The notes under the pieces were generated by a model that searched no databases, was not told the DNA's origin, and was given only the letters and a program-made list of their open reading frames with translations. Shown here in pieces: positions 10,992 through 23,213 of a DNA stretch of 64,000 bases. Position 1 is the stretch's first letter, and each line of letters opens with the position of its first letter. Both the position numbers and the translations under genes were made by a program. The DNA comes from Lophium mytilinum (taxonomy: Eukaryota): NCBI GenBank assembly GCA_010093605.1, contig MU004197.1, positions 1,178,001 to 1,242,000 on the forward strand, read 5' to 3'.

Positions 10992-13900
10992 TTATAAAAC
11001 AAACTTGCCCACACCTACACTACTCCACTCTCTCACGGGATGCGAATCTTCCAGCTCGACGCACCACCACAAAACCTCTTTGGCTTTTTCGATCTGGCCA
11101 CACTCCTCGTATGCTCTGGCAAGAGCAAGCCATGCTTCAGAGTAGTCCCATCCAGGACCAAGCTTGGTGAGCGTTGAGAGCAAGCCATGAGCTCGATCGC
11201 GAGCGGCAAGCCTGTAAAGCTCCGGAGCAGACACTTGATTCTCCGCTGAAGGCGCTGCAGATATGATGTGTGTCTTCTTTGTGTCGACCTCCGTCGTGGA
11301 GATTGCCGGTACAGAAGGAGAGGTCAATGGCGAAGTCAAACCGGAAATTGGAGTTGGTTCCGGCGGTATAACTTGGCCAAAGATATCTAGAAGGATGTTT
11401 GATAATCCGACGATTGCGGTAGGGTGATCTGGGAAATGTGAGAGCGCTTTTTCGTATTCAATTCGAGCCTCATGCGGTGAGTCTTGTGCTTGAAGCATTT
11501 CACCTTGCTAGAGATGCGTCAGAAACCGTCAATTCTTGCTCGCGTACAGTCTCACTTACACTCGCCCATGTGTCTGCCCACAACTCCTCCACACCCTTGC
11601 CACCACCCCAGCCCTGGTTTGCAAAGGCTTTCGCGCTCGACGACTCTTGCGCGACTTCGTATTCCAGGCCTTGAACAAGCTTGGCTGCTTCTCTTATGGC
11701 TCCCTTAGCATCTTCATACATTGCCGACCTTGTGTAGAGTCCAGAAATGAATAGCCAGACCTTGACCAACAATGAAACCTTCTGTCGGCGTTCTTGTAAT
11801 ATAGAGAAGCGAGGGTCTGGAGGTGTATAATTCGGGTGTGGGAAAGGGGCTGGTAGCCTATTGTCCTGCTGAGGAGGTTGCTTAGCATGTCCCACCGGCG
11901 GAGGTTGCACGGTGTTGGGTGCATTGTGAGCCACTGGCTGTAGTGGTCGCTCTGGCGTCTCAGTCGATTTCCTGATTGAGCTGGACATTGAAGGGCGGTG
12001 AGTTGACTTCTCTCGTTGAGAGTTGTTCCGATGAGGTTTCCCATTTGGAGCTCCGTCAAGCTCGTATTTCTCATTTGTCTTGTCCTCATCCGCTTGTGAC
12101 TGCCTTCGCAGACTCCCAGCGCTCCGTTTCTGTAGCTTGACGCTTCCACCCCTCTTCGGTGCCGATTTGTCGCTGTCATGGTTATGGCGAAGGTCTGGTT
12201 TGAAATGAAGCTTGTGACGATGACCGTTAGCCTTCTCTGAGCCGTTTTCATCCGTGACTTGAATGGTCGGCGCTGCAGTTGCTTGCGTGGCCGCAGTTCT
12301 CTGTGTGGCTACAGTTGATGGCCTGGAATTGGTTTCTGATGGTTCTTTTGCGACGGCGGCCCCTGCTTCCGCGTTCTTCCGCGTCGATCTCGACCGGAAT
12401 ATGCTACCTTTGAATGTACCAGCTGAGCTCATCGGCGGAGCGGGAGATGCAGTGTGAAGATGGCGTTTCACCTGATCCTCTGAAGGATCGCCAAACAGCC
12501 GAGCATATAATCCAAGCAGCTCATCGCTTTCATCAACAGCCACATTGGAGTTTTCGAGGACTTCGAGTAACGACAGTTGCGTCATTTTTATTTCGATAAT
12601 TCCAACCTTTTCATATGTTTCCATCTGATCCACGATCGCTCGGGACTTTTTGGTATGCTTTTCTTTTGCATTCAGATGGTCACTCCGATATTCTTTCGAG
12701 CCCTCTCCTTTGCCAAATAAGTTTACTGGATTCTCGAACTGTTCAAACGCAGCTTCGCAAGTCTTAGCTGCAGTGCTGAAGTCTGAGCGAGAAGCAAGAA
12801 GTAGGGAGAGGAGATGCCACAAAGGAATGAGTTTGCGCTCTCTCAGGAACGGAGCGGTTGTACTGAGTGGTTTGTCTGAAATCACACCATCTGTACGGAT
12901 TGATATATCGAGTTTTGTGGCAGGAGACAAGGCTCGTTTGACAATCTTCAGCGCTCCAGTAATATCCCGCGTCTCAGCAAGGGCTAAACCGAGCGCATAG
13001 AGTGTTTCGAGATTGTGCGGGTCTTCAAACTTCGGTTCCAGCGACTTTCGAAGATAGTGGATAGCTTGCTTCTGCAGTTTGGTCCTCGAACTAGCTTCGT
13101 ATGTCCAGAGGGCCCAATGTGCTTGAGATATGCCAATAGCACGGTAGGCAACTGCTAATGTGCGGGGATGAAGTTGATATTTGGTAGGTTCCTCGGACTC
13201 TTTGGCTACATCTTTATCTGTTGGTGTAGGATTGAGAAAGGATATCGAGGGTGTGTGCTGTTTCAGCCACTTGTCGATATTCTGACCAATGTGTAGGGCC
13301 TTTACAGCCTCGTCTCGGGAACCAAAACGGCAAAGCATCCTAATGGCTTCCGCAGCAGTGCGTAGTATGGTGTCGTCGTCATCCATACTGGCTTCGTCTT
13401 CTCCACTCTTTTCGGCGCGATCCTTACCTCTCGTCACGATCTCAACATACGAGTCGTATGCCTTGAAAGAGAGATCGAACTCAGCCAAAGATGCATGTAC
13501 AGTGAATAGGTGCCGCAGAATTTGCGTAGAGTGGAAAGTTTTTGTAGCTGCACGGTAAAGAATCTTTGTTTCTGAGGGTCAGTGTTGGTCTGAATTGGCC
13601 TCTTCTATCCGAAGACTTACATCGAGGACACCTCGCCCAACAGCACCTTTGCCACCTTCACCCAGCTCTTCATCTTGCCAATTAGGTCCACAAAGCACTC
13701 GCCAATTGCTCATGACTGCTTCAATCCACTGCTCAATCTCGTAGTTGTTCTCGCTGGCCTTAGGAAAATGGGTCTCTTTCAGGATCAGTCCCTCATATAT
13801 AGCTTCTACGCGTTTCAGCTCCGAGCGCTGCTGTAGCCTGGAGTTCAGATACTGCTCAAGCTTCTCAGAAGAATCGTACTGGCGGGGTTCGAGATTTGTG

Positions 13901-14898
13901 GGCGATGGCTCATAGGAGTGACCCCGCTGCAGAAGCGTAGATAGCGTATCATAATATGCTTTCCAAACAAGGCGGCGAGATTTCCCTGCCTCCGAACCGC
14001 TTGCCCCTGAAGCAGCTAGGCTGTCCCATAACCGTTGCCATATTCGAAAAGCCTTTAATGATTGGGCCGAATCTATGTCATGTATCTCGGAACTCGATTG
14101 ATCCACTAGCAAGCAAGCTCGTCCTAACAATCGCTCGGTCCACAGCCGGAATTGCGCAGAGGTGGAAGTCAAGGAACTCAGGGACAGTAGAAATGGAAAG
14201 ACCGAGCTGTAAGTTTTCAAGGCGTCCTGTACGGCAGAGGTTTTCTCCTGCGAGAACCCTACAACTGTCAATCAAGTTCCTTGCAGGGGTAATGGGGCTT
14301 CATGAGCGTGGACCCTACCTTTGATATATGCGCCTTTAACAATACACACATGTGTCCAATTTCCAAGCGCATGACTATTGCCGGAGAGCTTCAAGATAGC
14401 AGTGGATAAGTCTTTTGGGAGCCTCGCCACAGCTAGTCCTGGCTCATCCAGAACAAAGTGTAACCACCCCAGACATATTGTAGCCTGGAATGCGTCCTGG
14501 GGGTACTCCGCTTCTTCTTCGATGGCTGTGAGCAATGGAGGTATTATCTTGGAGAGGTTGGCCGAGGAGGTAGACGCAGCAGTGGAGGGTCTTTGGGCGC
14601 TGTATGTGCCTATTCGAGCCTCTGATCGTGCAGTAAGGGCGAGGCCTGAAGCTGTCAGCACCGTGTTATGGGTAAAGTCAATGGGCAAATCGTACAGCGG
14701 CGATGCGGCGCATGCTTTTCGATCTTCCTTGCCAGTTCAGGGACATCGGTCCAACGTGCGGTACATCGTGCTTCGTCCAATTGGCCTATGTAGCGTAATG
14801 CCTTCTCGTTCTCTTGAACCTAAACGTGTATGAGCTGGGGCGTTCCGGGATGACGTTGGCCCGGAATGGATGTTTGCACATGGAAAACGTACCCCCAT
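10992..14898 (-). CDS. YPP1: TPR protein Ypp1/Rhf1-like (PI4-kinase Stt4 complex; 'filamentation protein')
   Basis: Multi-exon gene. N-terminus MG|VQENEKALRYIGQLDEARC...WTDVPELARKIEKHAPHR; exon ORFs 14272-14688, 13579-14271, 11500-13488, 10992-11498; C-terminus WDYSEAWLALARAYE...LWWCVELED. Confidence 0.85.
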
Positions 14899-15175
14899 GG
14901 TGATGCGAGGACGGTTGGTCTAGCCACAAAGGCTGTATGAGACCAAGACCATATTCAAATGAACAATTATTGCAGCGAAGGCAGAGAGCGGCACATACCC
15001 CGTCGCATGCTTAGAAAGTTGGCGGAGGGATCCTGGCGCCCGATCCAGGCCCCTGCCTATTTTGGGCCGGTCCGACTGTTAACCCGACATTCACATTTTT
15101 TTGCATCAATTCAAAGGCCTCTGTTCAACCTCAAATCCTGGGTTTTCTACTCGAGTACGCTTCGAGCAAGAGATC

Positions 15176-17542
15176 ATGGCACCCCAGGCGACCGCCGGCC
15201 CAACTGCCACGCTTCGTGCGATCACATTTCGGATTTCATCAACCTTACCAGAAAAGCTCCCCCAGCAGGTTCCTGCACTATCAGCTTCCCTTCCGCACTG
15301 CAAATCTATTCTATCCGAGAGTCAAAACCCAAATGCGAAAGACAACTCTGAAACATCCATCGCTGTTCACAAGTTCAAGACTCAGCTTTCCACGCTCATC
15401 CATCACCGTTCCGTTCAGGGAAGATGGGCAGGGACAGTTCTCATTAAATCAACCATCGAGGTTGGCGGATGGGAGGTCCTTCAAAAGAGCCTACCATGGA
15501 TTAGAGGTCTTTTGGAAATATTGAAAAAGCCAGACCCGTCAACATCGAAGCGACTTAGTATCATTACTTTGACTCGAGTATTTTTGCTCACGCAGGACTA
15601 CCCTACGTTGATCCGAGAAATCACTACACCTATGCTTCAAATATTCATTCCGTCGTGTCTTCATCTGGCCTCCACTAGTACTTCGTCGGCGTTAGTACAA
15701 ACGGTGCTCGAAAGTTTCAACCAGTTACTTCCGCGGCATGCTACTGGGTTCCGCACATATCTATCTCAGATTCAGAAGCTCCTTGCTCCCCTGATTGCAC
15801 CAACCCCGTCGAATCAGACAGCAGAAGAATTGCTGCCACGAGTACGAATGCACATATCTCCAGAAGTGGCTGCAGCAGCACGCCAGCTCTGGGTCCAGCT
15901 ACACCACTCTGCGCCCAAGGGAACCGCACCAGAAGAATGGAGAAAGTCGTTGAACAACACCCTGGAAAACGCCCATAATGTTGCTAACAAAGTCTTCCGA
16001 GCGGTCATTGAAGATTGGCAATCTACTTCTGGAGCTGCTCAAATAGCTAATGGACACACTTTGGACAACGAGGTCCGTGATCTTGAACGGAACAATTCAA
16101 TGGGCCTTCCCTTCTGGACTGGGATGTACGCTGGTAGCGAGAGATTGATATCCCTGCTTCACTTGGTTAAAGAGTACGCGAACACCCCTACGCAGAGTAC
16201 GATCTACCTTCGGCTTGACTCCATTATGGACCTCCTCACGAGGATTTTCTCGCTCACGGTTCCTACCTCACAAGGATCGAAGAACTGGCAGCAGAACTTG
16301 AAATTGAACAACCAAGTAGGAAGAGAAGAACGCGAAAGTCTATGGGCATTGTTGCCTCATGTACACATCGCGGCCATTGAAGTACTGCACGCGCTTCTTG
16401 AGCGATTCGGAGCGTCGTTGGTTTCAACGGTCACCAGCATACTAGACCAGCTCGTCTGGGTTTACAGCGCCGAGAAAGATATACTCGGAGTCCGGACAGC
16501 CTTGTATACCGCATTGACTCAAATCTTGAATTTGTCAGGGCCAACACTACCAAAGTCGTCCATAGAACCACTGAAAGGAATGATCTATTCATGCTGCAAC
16601 GATCTCCTCCCACAAGACGCCGCAACCACCCAAGTCAAGATTGCCCCAGTCCCCACCAAAGGCAAAGCGAACAGCCAACAAGGATCCACAAATGCAGACA
16701 CTTTCCTCACTTCCTCTACGAAACCAAAAACGCCACCTGCTGCCTTTGCTGGTCTGCAAGCAGCAGCTAACGCTTTGCTTCCTGTGCTACTACTCAAGCT
16801 GCCACAGAAGTGCATTCCAGTTTCCCTCCGAGCGAAGATCGACCGCACCGCGATCCTGACCCAGCATAAAGAGGCAATGATAGCAAGTGTCCTGAACCCA
16901 CCTCCCTCGAAGAACGCCGCAAAACCCGCCGCAAGCATCATGCCCCTAGTGGCGCGTAGCTTTGCAGACAGTATGGACGTTGAAAGCCTGATCAGACCCA
17001 GGATGCCCGTGATACGGACAGGAAAGAGCCGCTCTGCCGATGATGACGAAGAAGAGGATGAGGACGAGGAAGAAGATGAGGCCGATGAGGGGAATTTAGT
17101 AGAAGAGGGGCCCGATGAAACTGCAGGAAAGGATGACATCTCCATGGAAGAAGCCACCGAGACACACGCCACCGATTCAACCGCCCTACCTAATTCCACC
17201 AGTCCTTTCGCCCAAGACTCCGCAACCACTACGAACCTAGCCAAACGCGGCCATACTGATCTTGCGCCAGCTCCACCGTCTCCCAAACGCCCAAGGCTCG
17301 AGACTTCAGCGGTCAGTGATGCTGCGCCCAATGATTTCCTATCGGCTCCAGCAGACCTTCCTGGGAGAGCTGATTCAGGGGAGGCATTTAACATGGAGAG
17401 GGTTTCAGCTCCTGTACCGGCCCCTATCGCTAACATGGCGCCGCCGGAGCCAGGGAAAGTGGGAGACCGGGACAGTGATAGCGACGATGATTTTGGTGAG
17501 CTAGTGCTTGGACCAGACAGCGAAGACGAGGACATGGCGTAG
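15176..17542 (+). CDS. RIX1: Pre-rRNA processing protein Rix1
   Basis: Single long ORF; N-terminal helical region (VHKFKTQLSTL...GRWAG..LIK.TIEVGGWEVL...PTLIREITTP), LIRPRMPVI motif and acidic C-terminus. Confidence 0.85.
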   Translation: MAPQATAGPTATLRAITFRISSTLPEKLPQQVPALSASLPHCKSILSESQNPNAKDNSETSIAVHKFKTQLSTLIHHRSVQGRWAGTVLIKSTIEVGGWEVLQKSLPWIRGLLEILKKPDPSTSKRLSIITLTRVFLLTQDYPTLIREITTPMLQIFIPSCLHLASTSTSSALVQTVLESFNQLLPRHATGFRTYLSQIQKLLAPLIAPTPSNQTAEELLPRVRMHISPEVAAAARQLWVQLHHSAPKGTAPEEWRKSLNNTLENAHNVANKVFRAVIEDWQSTSGAAQIANGHTLDNEVRDLERNNSMGLPFWTGMYAGSERLISLLHLVKEYANTPTQSTIYLRLDSIMDLLTRIFSLTVPTSQGSKNWQQNLKLNNQVGREERESLWALLPHVHIAAIEVLHALLERFGASLVSTVTSILDQLVWVYSAEKDILGVRTALYTALTQILNLSGPTLPKSSIEPLKGMIYSCCNDLLPQDAATTQVKIAPVPTKGKANSQQGSTNADTFLTSSTKPKTPPAAFAGLQAAANALLPVLLLKLPQKCIPVSLRAKIDRTAILTQHKEAMIASVLNPPPSKNAAKPAASIMPLVARSFADSMDVESLIRPRMPVIRTGKSRSADDDEEEDEDEEEDEADEGNLVEEGPDETAGKDDISMEEATETHATDSTALPNSTSPFAQDSATTTNLAKRGHTDLAPAPPSPKRPRLETSAVSDAAPNDFLSAPADLPGRADSGEAFNMERVSAPVPAPIANMAPPEPGKVGDRDSDSDDDFGELVLGPDSEDEDMA

Positions 17543-17827
17543 ATATAATAAGAAGATTCCATCATTCAGAATCCCTGAGTGTAATACAAGCTACCCCAAA
17601 TATACCAAACTCCGGTACCGCAAAGTGCCCGCTTGTTTTGTTATACCCGCCCAACGCTCCGTCCTATAGCCAATGCTCTATCGCGCAGCCGCCTGTGATG
17701 AAAAGAATCCAGTCCCAACCCAATAACCCCGAGGTTCAACGTATATTCCATACCATCCCATACCACACCATACGCCACGCTATTCAAATAGGGACCGGTT
17801 CTCGTCTTATCCTATGCTCTAGTCTAC

Positions 17828-20046
17828 TCAATCCAACCGCCTATCCACCCTCTCCACATCCTCCAGCATCTCCTTCTCCTCCTTAACCCTCAGCGTCAGC
17901 CACGCCGCCACCACGGCACAACACCCACCAAACCTAAGCACCCACGCTACGCTATTGTCACCCGGTGCGCCCCTCGGCTTCTGCAGCACCCTAAAAATTG
18001 CCGAGCTCACGAGCGTCGCGATGACCTGCGGCGCCGCAATCGCGACATTGTGGATCCCGAGTACCACCCCCGCCTGATCCGCGCCCTCGGCCCCCGCCTC
18101 ATCTTCGCCAGCTGCGACCAGTGCTGCCTCGCGAGTGCCGGGGCGTAGTAGGCCGCGGCGGATAGCGTCGCGCTTCGAGATCTCGGAGCTGATGAGCGCG
18201 AAGGGGGCCCAGCAGGTGAGGGCCCAGGGGACGCCGATGAGTGCCACGAGAATAGTGCCCGCGGTGGTCGAGTGCACGAGGAAGGTGAGCCACATGCATG
18301 CGGCGAACATGAGGTGGGATAGCAGCCAGGCGCGGCGGAGGGTCAGGGACGGGATCTGGATAGCGGAGGTTAATGCGGAGCAGATTCGGATGAAGAGAGA
18401 GACGTGAGCGGGACTGGGCTTCTTGGAGGTGAAGTAGCCACTTGCCGATAGGCTGCCTGGGGTTGTTGGGGTGAGGGGTGTTGTTGAGGGCGGAGGGGGT
18501 GGTTTGAAGGTCGGTGGGATGATGAAGGGAAGGAACACGCTGGAGGTGAATGTGGTGAGCGCGAAGATGAGGAGGGCGAAAGTGCCAACGCGGGTGGCTT
18601 TTTCCCAGGTTGCGTCGACCTCGGCGGGCGTCATGTTCGGGTTTTCTTCGAAGAAGGGCTCAACGTAGATTTCGCCGATGTAGGTTGTGATGTAGAAGAG
18701 GAACGGGAACCAGCCGATCCAGGCGAAGAATTGGACTTCGCAGACTCTCCGAATCTGCGGTGGTAGTTTACGAACGGAGCGGAACAAGGACTTGAAGAAT
18801 GCGATGATGCCTTCCCCGCCATCTGGGGCGTCTTCGTGGCTCGGGTCACGCTCAGGGACGGTGCTGCAGCTAATTGCAACGGTGGCGGCGAGAGTGAAAG
18901 ACGCAATGGCGCATAAGACTTTAAATTGGCTGTTTCCAAGCCATGGGAGTATCTTCGGTAAGTTCAGATAGCCGGAAATATAGCCTATGATGTTTCCTAT
19001 ACCGGAAGCGCGCATGATCCAGGCATTTGCGGCTTCTTGCTGGTGCGTGGGCGCACAATCGACGGCGTACGCCCTCGTTGCAGCTTGAACTAGAGATTAT
19101 AAGCTCCGAGTCTCGACTAGTATAGATTACAGCGGAACGTGTACTTACTGACGTTGATAGAGAAGTCTAAAACGTATACGAATAATACAGCCCAAAGAAT
19201 AATACAAGTTTTGACGCTTTGAGACTCTCTATCCGCTCCAAAAATGCCCAGGAAACCACCCACTACCTCTTTGGTCCATGCTAGGACCATGAGAGATACA
19301 ATGGTCGCCACTGCGCCGCCTACTATGAATGGCCTCCTCTTTCCCCATCGTATTCTGCAGTTGTCGCTTTTCAGCCCTACGTAGGGCTGCACGAGGGTGC
19401 CGGATAGAGGTCCGGCAATCCATACGAGGGCTAGGAGTGATTTGCTAAGACCAAGGGAAAGTAGGTATGGCTATTTGAATTCCATCAAATCAGTTCGCTG
19501 ACTCAAGCTAAAGAGTTGGGGAGACTAACTGAGCCATTTGACATTTCGACAGACCATGCAATCTGCAGCCTGACTATATGTTAGCACATCCTATCAAACT
19601 ACCCACGGAAACGTAGACTGGGCGTTGCAGATGCTTGACGAGTCCTGCACTATCCTGCAATGAGGATCCGTTCAGCCGGCAGTTGGCCACTACAGCCAGT
19701 AGAGCCATCCGCAACATTCTAGTCCACATTGTAGCATAGCTTACCCTAACCCCGATAGTGTCAGCAGCAGCAAGTACCAGCTGCTTTTGGTTTCCTCCTC
19801 GCCATCGTGTTCCCAGTCATCATCACTGAGCGGCGAGACGACCTTCAGGCCCGAGTCCTCCTCGTAAGATTGTCTTGGTTGTAGTAGCGGCGACTGCTCG
19901 TTCATGGTATCCAGAGAACCTCGGCCGTCCACAGAGCCACTGCGGAAAGAGACGATCTTGGGATGAACGTGCTGGGTAGGGCCAACAACGCCGGATGGCG
20001 ATTCTGGAGGACGAGATGGAAAGCGGTTCGGTGGAGTGGATGCCAT
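17828..20046 (-). CDS. SUT1: Sucrose/alpha-glucoside:H+ symporter (SUT1-like, GPH/MFS)
   Basis: Exons give LQIAWSVEMSNGS-PYLLSLG, WIAGPLSG..VQPYVG..SD..WGKRRPFI, FFAWIGWFPFLFY and GVVLGIHNVAIAAPQ. Confidence 0.88.
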
Positions 20047-20953
20047 GATTGCGAGCTGGATAGCTGGTCGCGCGTGGCTCGAGCTGGGGGAGTCCGACTG
20101 GTGGAATGCTTGTGACGCGGAGGGATGCTATTGGCGGAGCTGGAGTGGAGTATCCAAGGATAGACGCAGGCCCAAAAAGATTCTAGATATAGAGGTAGGA
20201 GAACTGCTAGTGTAGTCGCAGGATTCAGACTTCGAGGTGAATGCGGGAGAGGAGGAGAGGTGGTGCCATGCTCGGGCGCGCGTGGCTGTGAGGTGCAGTA
20301 CCGTCAGCCGGTATATTTTGGAGGAGGAGCAGTATGAGAGAGCCAATGGCTAGGTGTTTCAGCGAGGAGGATCAGGTCAATCGAAGTGAGGATGGGGTCT
20401 CGAGAGGCGTGTGCAGGCGCATTGTCAGAGGGGACTCGGGCAGGTGATTTATGTCCACCTCGTGATGGCACAATCCTGACAATGCAGCTGCTTCGTTCCT
20501 GACCCGCTGGTGCGTCATGGGCCGATCTTTTTGGGGGGCACGGGGGGGAAGCCCGGCCGAGAAGCCGCTGTGACTGAAGCAGTTTAGGGGCTGTTCGGCG
20601 CCTTGCGACACTGCCGAAGCCGTTTGGGAGGAGAGACTGGGCATCGCGAACGAGCGAACGACGCCTCTGTGAAATCTCCGTCCCCAACGTCCAACCGGCC
20701 TATCTGTCCTATATCGCTATTCGCATACGCGCCCCACTGCCTCCTTCGCCTGCGCTACTGTGGAGCTTCCATTCCAGGTTACCGCACCTCCGAGTCTTGG
20801 CTCAGTTTCGCAACACGTCGCCTTGTCGGCCGACCTTAAGGCGCCCTTAGGATAACTCAGCGCAACACCCTCCGTGCCACCACCTCCCCAGCCACCTGTC
20901 TCCCGCGACTTTGACTGGCATTGCAGATGTCATCGCGGTCATAAGCCCCTACC

Positions 20954-23213
20954 ATGGCTTCGACACTGGGGTGGGCAGTCTCCGAGTTGATGAGTACGTC
21001 TATCCCTCCCTTCCAGCAACCCTGATATAGCCCGACTGACCATTATGCGCCTATAGAGAGAGATGCTAGTGATGCCGATCCAGAAGGTCCGTTTGCCCTG
21101 CTACCACAATATGCTCGACATGCAGATCCTGTCTAACCCGACTATGCAGAACCGGAGGCGGGACAGAAGGAGATATTCGCATCATGGTCACTCTTCATCC
21201 TTATAGTGCTCTTGATCGTGGCACTTTTCACAAGCTACATCTTGCAGACCCGCAAAATCCAGGCCGTGCATGAGACGGTGCTATCCATCTTCGCTGGTAT
21301 GATTCGAGACCGCGCCTAGTCGCGGCATATAGCTAACAACCTCAGGTATGGTCGTTGGATTAGTGCTTCGATTAACAGCAGTAGACTCCGTCTTAGGCGC
21401 TGTTAGTTTCGACTACCAGTTCTTTTTTAACCTTCTCCTACCACCCATTATACTTTCCTCCGGTTATGAGTTGCATCAGGTCAGCCAAACAAACTCCCCA
21501 GGCGGACCGCCGCTAATTGGACCAGGGCAACTTCTTTCGCAATATCGGCACCATTCTTACCTTTGCCTTCGCCGGAACCTTCATTTCCGCCGTTGTACTT
21601 GGACTCATACTCTTCGTGTGGACTCGCATCTTTGGGAACATTGATGGCTTCAAGATCTCCTTCGTTGAAGCCATGTCAGTCGGCGCAACCCTCTCTGCCA
21701 CGGATCCTGTCACCATCCTGGCCATTTTCAACACGTACAAAGTTGAACCAAAGCTATACACCATTATATTCGGGGAATCCATCCTCAATGACGCTATTGC
21801 CATTGTGCTATTCGAGACGGCGCAAAAGTACAAGGCCGGCGGCTCTGCAGAATCACTAAGCATATTAAGCTTGTTCGAGGCTATTGGTATCTTCTTCGGA
21901 GTCTTCTTTGGCAGCTTGTTCATTGGCTTGCTGGTTGGCATTGGTGCTTCACTGTTGCTGAAATTCACCCATGTGAGACGATTCCCTAAAACCGAAAGTT
22001 GTCTTATCATTTTGATTGCCTACGCCACTTACTTTTTCTCGAACGCCATTCACATGTCTGGTATGTATAGATCCCTCCCACACAGCATGCAGAAATGCTT
22101 ACGAATTTCGCAGGCATCGTGTCGCTCCTCTTCTGCGGCATTTGCATGAAGCATTATGCATACCACAATATGTCGAGGCGGACGCAGTTGACTACCAAAT
22201 TTGTGTTCCAGGTCACAGCCCAGCTCTCCGAGAATTTCATCTTCATCTACCTCGGACTCTCCCTTTTTACCGACTCTGAACTGGAATACAAGCCGCTCTT
22301 CATTCTCGTCACCATCGTCGGCATATGCGCAGCACGATGGTGCGCCGTGTTCCCCCTCTCCAAACTCATAAACGCTGTCATTCGCGTTCGCGCACGAAGA
22401 CAAGGGCGGGAAGCCGCCGAAGAAATCCCTTATTCCTATCAAGCAATGATCTTCTGGGCCGGTCTTCGTGGAGCAGTCGGTGTCGCTCTCGCGGCTGGCC
22501 TTAGTGGGCTCAATGGAAACGTCCTACGTGCTACAGTACTTGTTGTGGTCGTGCTGACCGTCATTATCTTTGGCGGCACGACTGCGCGAATGTTGGAGAT
22601 CATGGGCATCCGCACCGGGGTGGTCGAGGAGATCGATTCAGACGACGAATTTGACATTGAGGTCGTGAGCGGAGGCACCTTTGCTCGCAAATCTGGCCAA
22701 GGATTCGGCCACACCCCACGGCCGAGTGCCAGTGGGTTTGCTCTAGCTTCAGTAGATACCCGTAATGGAGTCTACAGTAGTGGAAACGTCAATGGCGCTA
22801 CCTCGCCAGCCCAACCGAACGGGCTGGGCACGGCTCGACGAAATTCGAGTCGTGCTCGACGAGATGGAGCAGACCAAGGACTTCTTAGTCCGGCTGATAG
22901 CGGCAGTAACGACGAGGATGATAATGATCTTGACCTGCCTCCCTCGGTGCGCCGATCTCCTAACAGGATGCCATCTCCGCTTGGCGGTCAAGGACCATCT
23001 CCATACCCAACATCTGGAACAAATGTTGGACCCGTCGCGTCGGGGAGTAGTAGTGAGCCATCGCGAGTTGCGAGCGCCACAGGTGCTGTCAAACAGCTTT
23101 TCTCGGACCTATCGGAAGATCCAGCAGGCGCGTTTAGACAGATTGACGAAGGATTTCTAAAACCTCATCTTTTGTTGGATCAAGGGAAGGGACCGGGACC
23201 TAACAACGTATGA
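20954..23213 (+). CDS. NHX1: Endosomal/vacuolar Na+(K+)/H+ exchanger
   Basis: FFNLLLPPII, SATDPV, IFGESILNDA, IFWAGLRGAV; several short 5' exons. Confidence 0.93.

Noticed and set aside
14899..15175. Short divergent promoters (YPP1/RIX1; also PNP1/RSM10 and AOS1/hypothetical gene)
   Set aside because: Ordinary for compact fungal genomes; no evidence of a functional cluster.
16585..17565. 326-aa minus-strand ORF
   Set aside because: Antisense shadow of the low-complexity RIX1 C-terminus.
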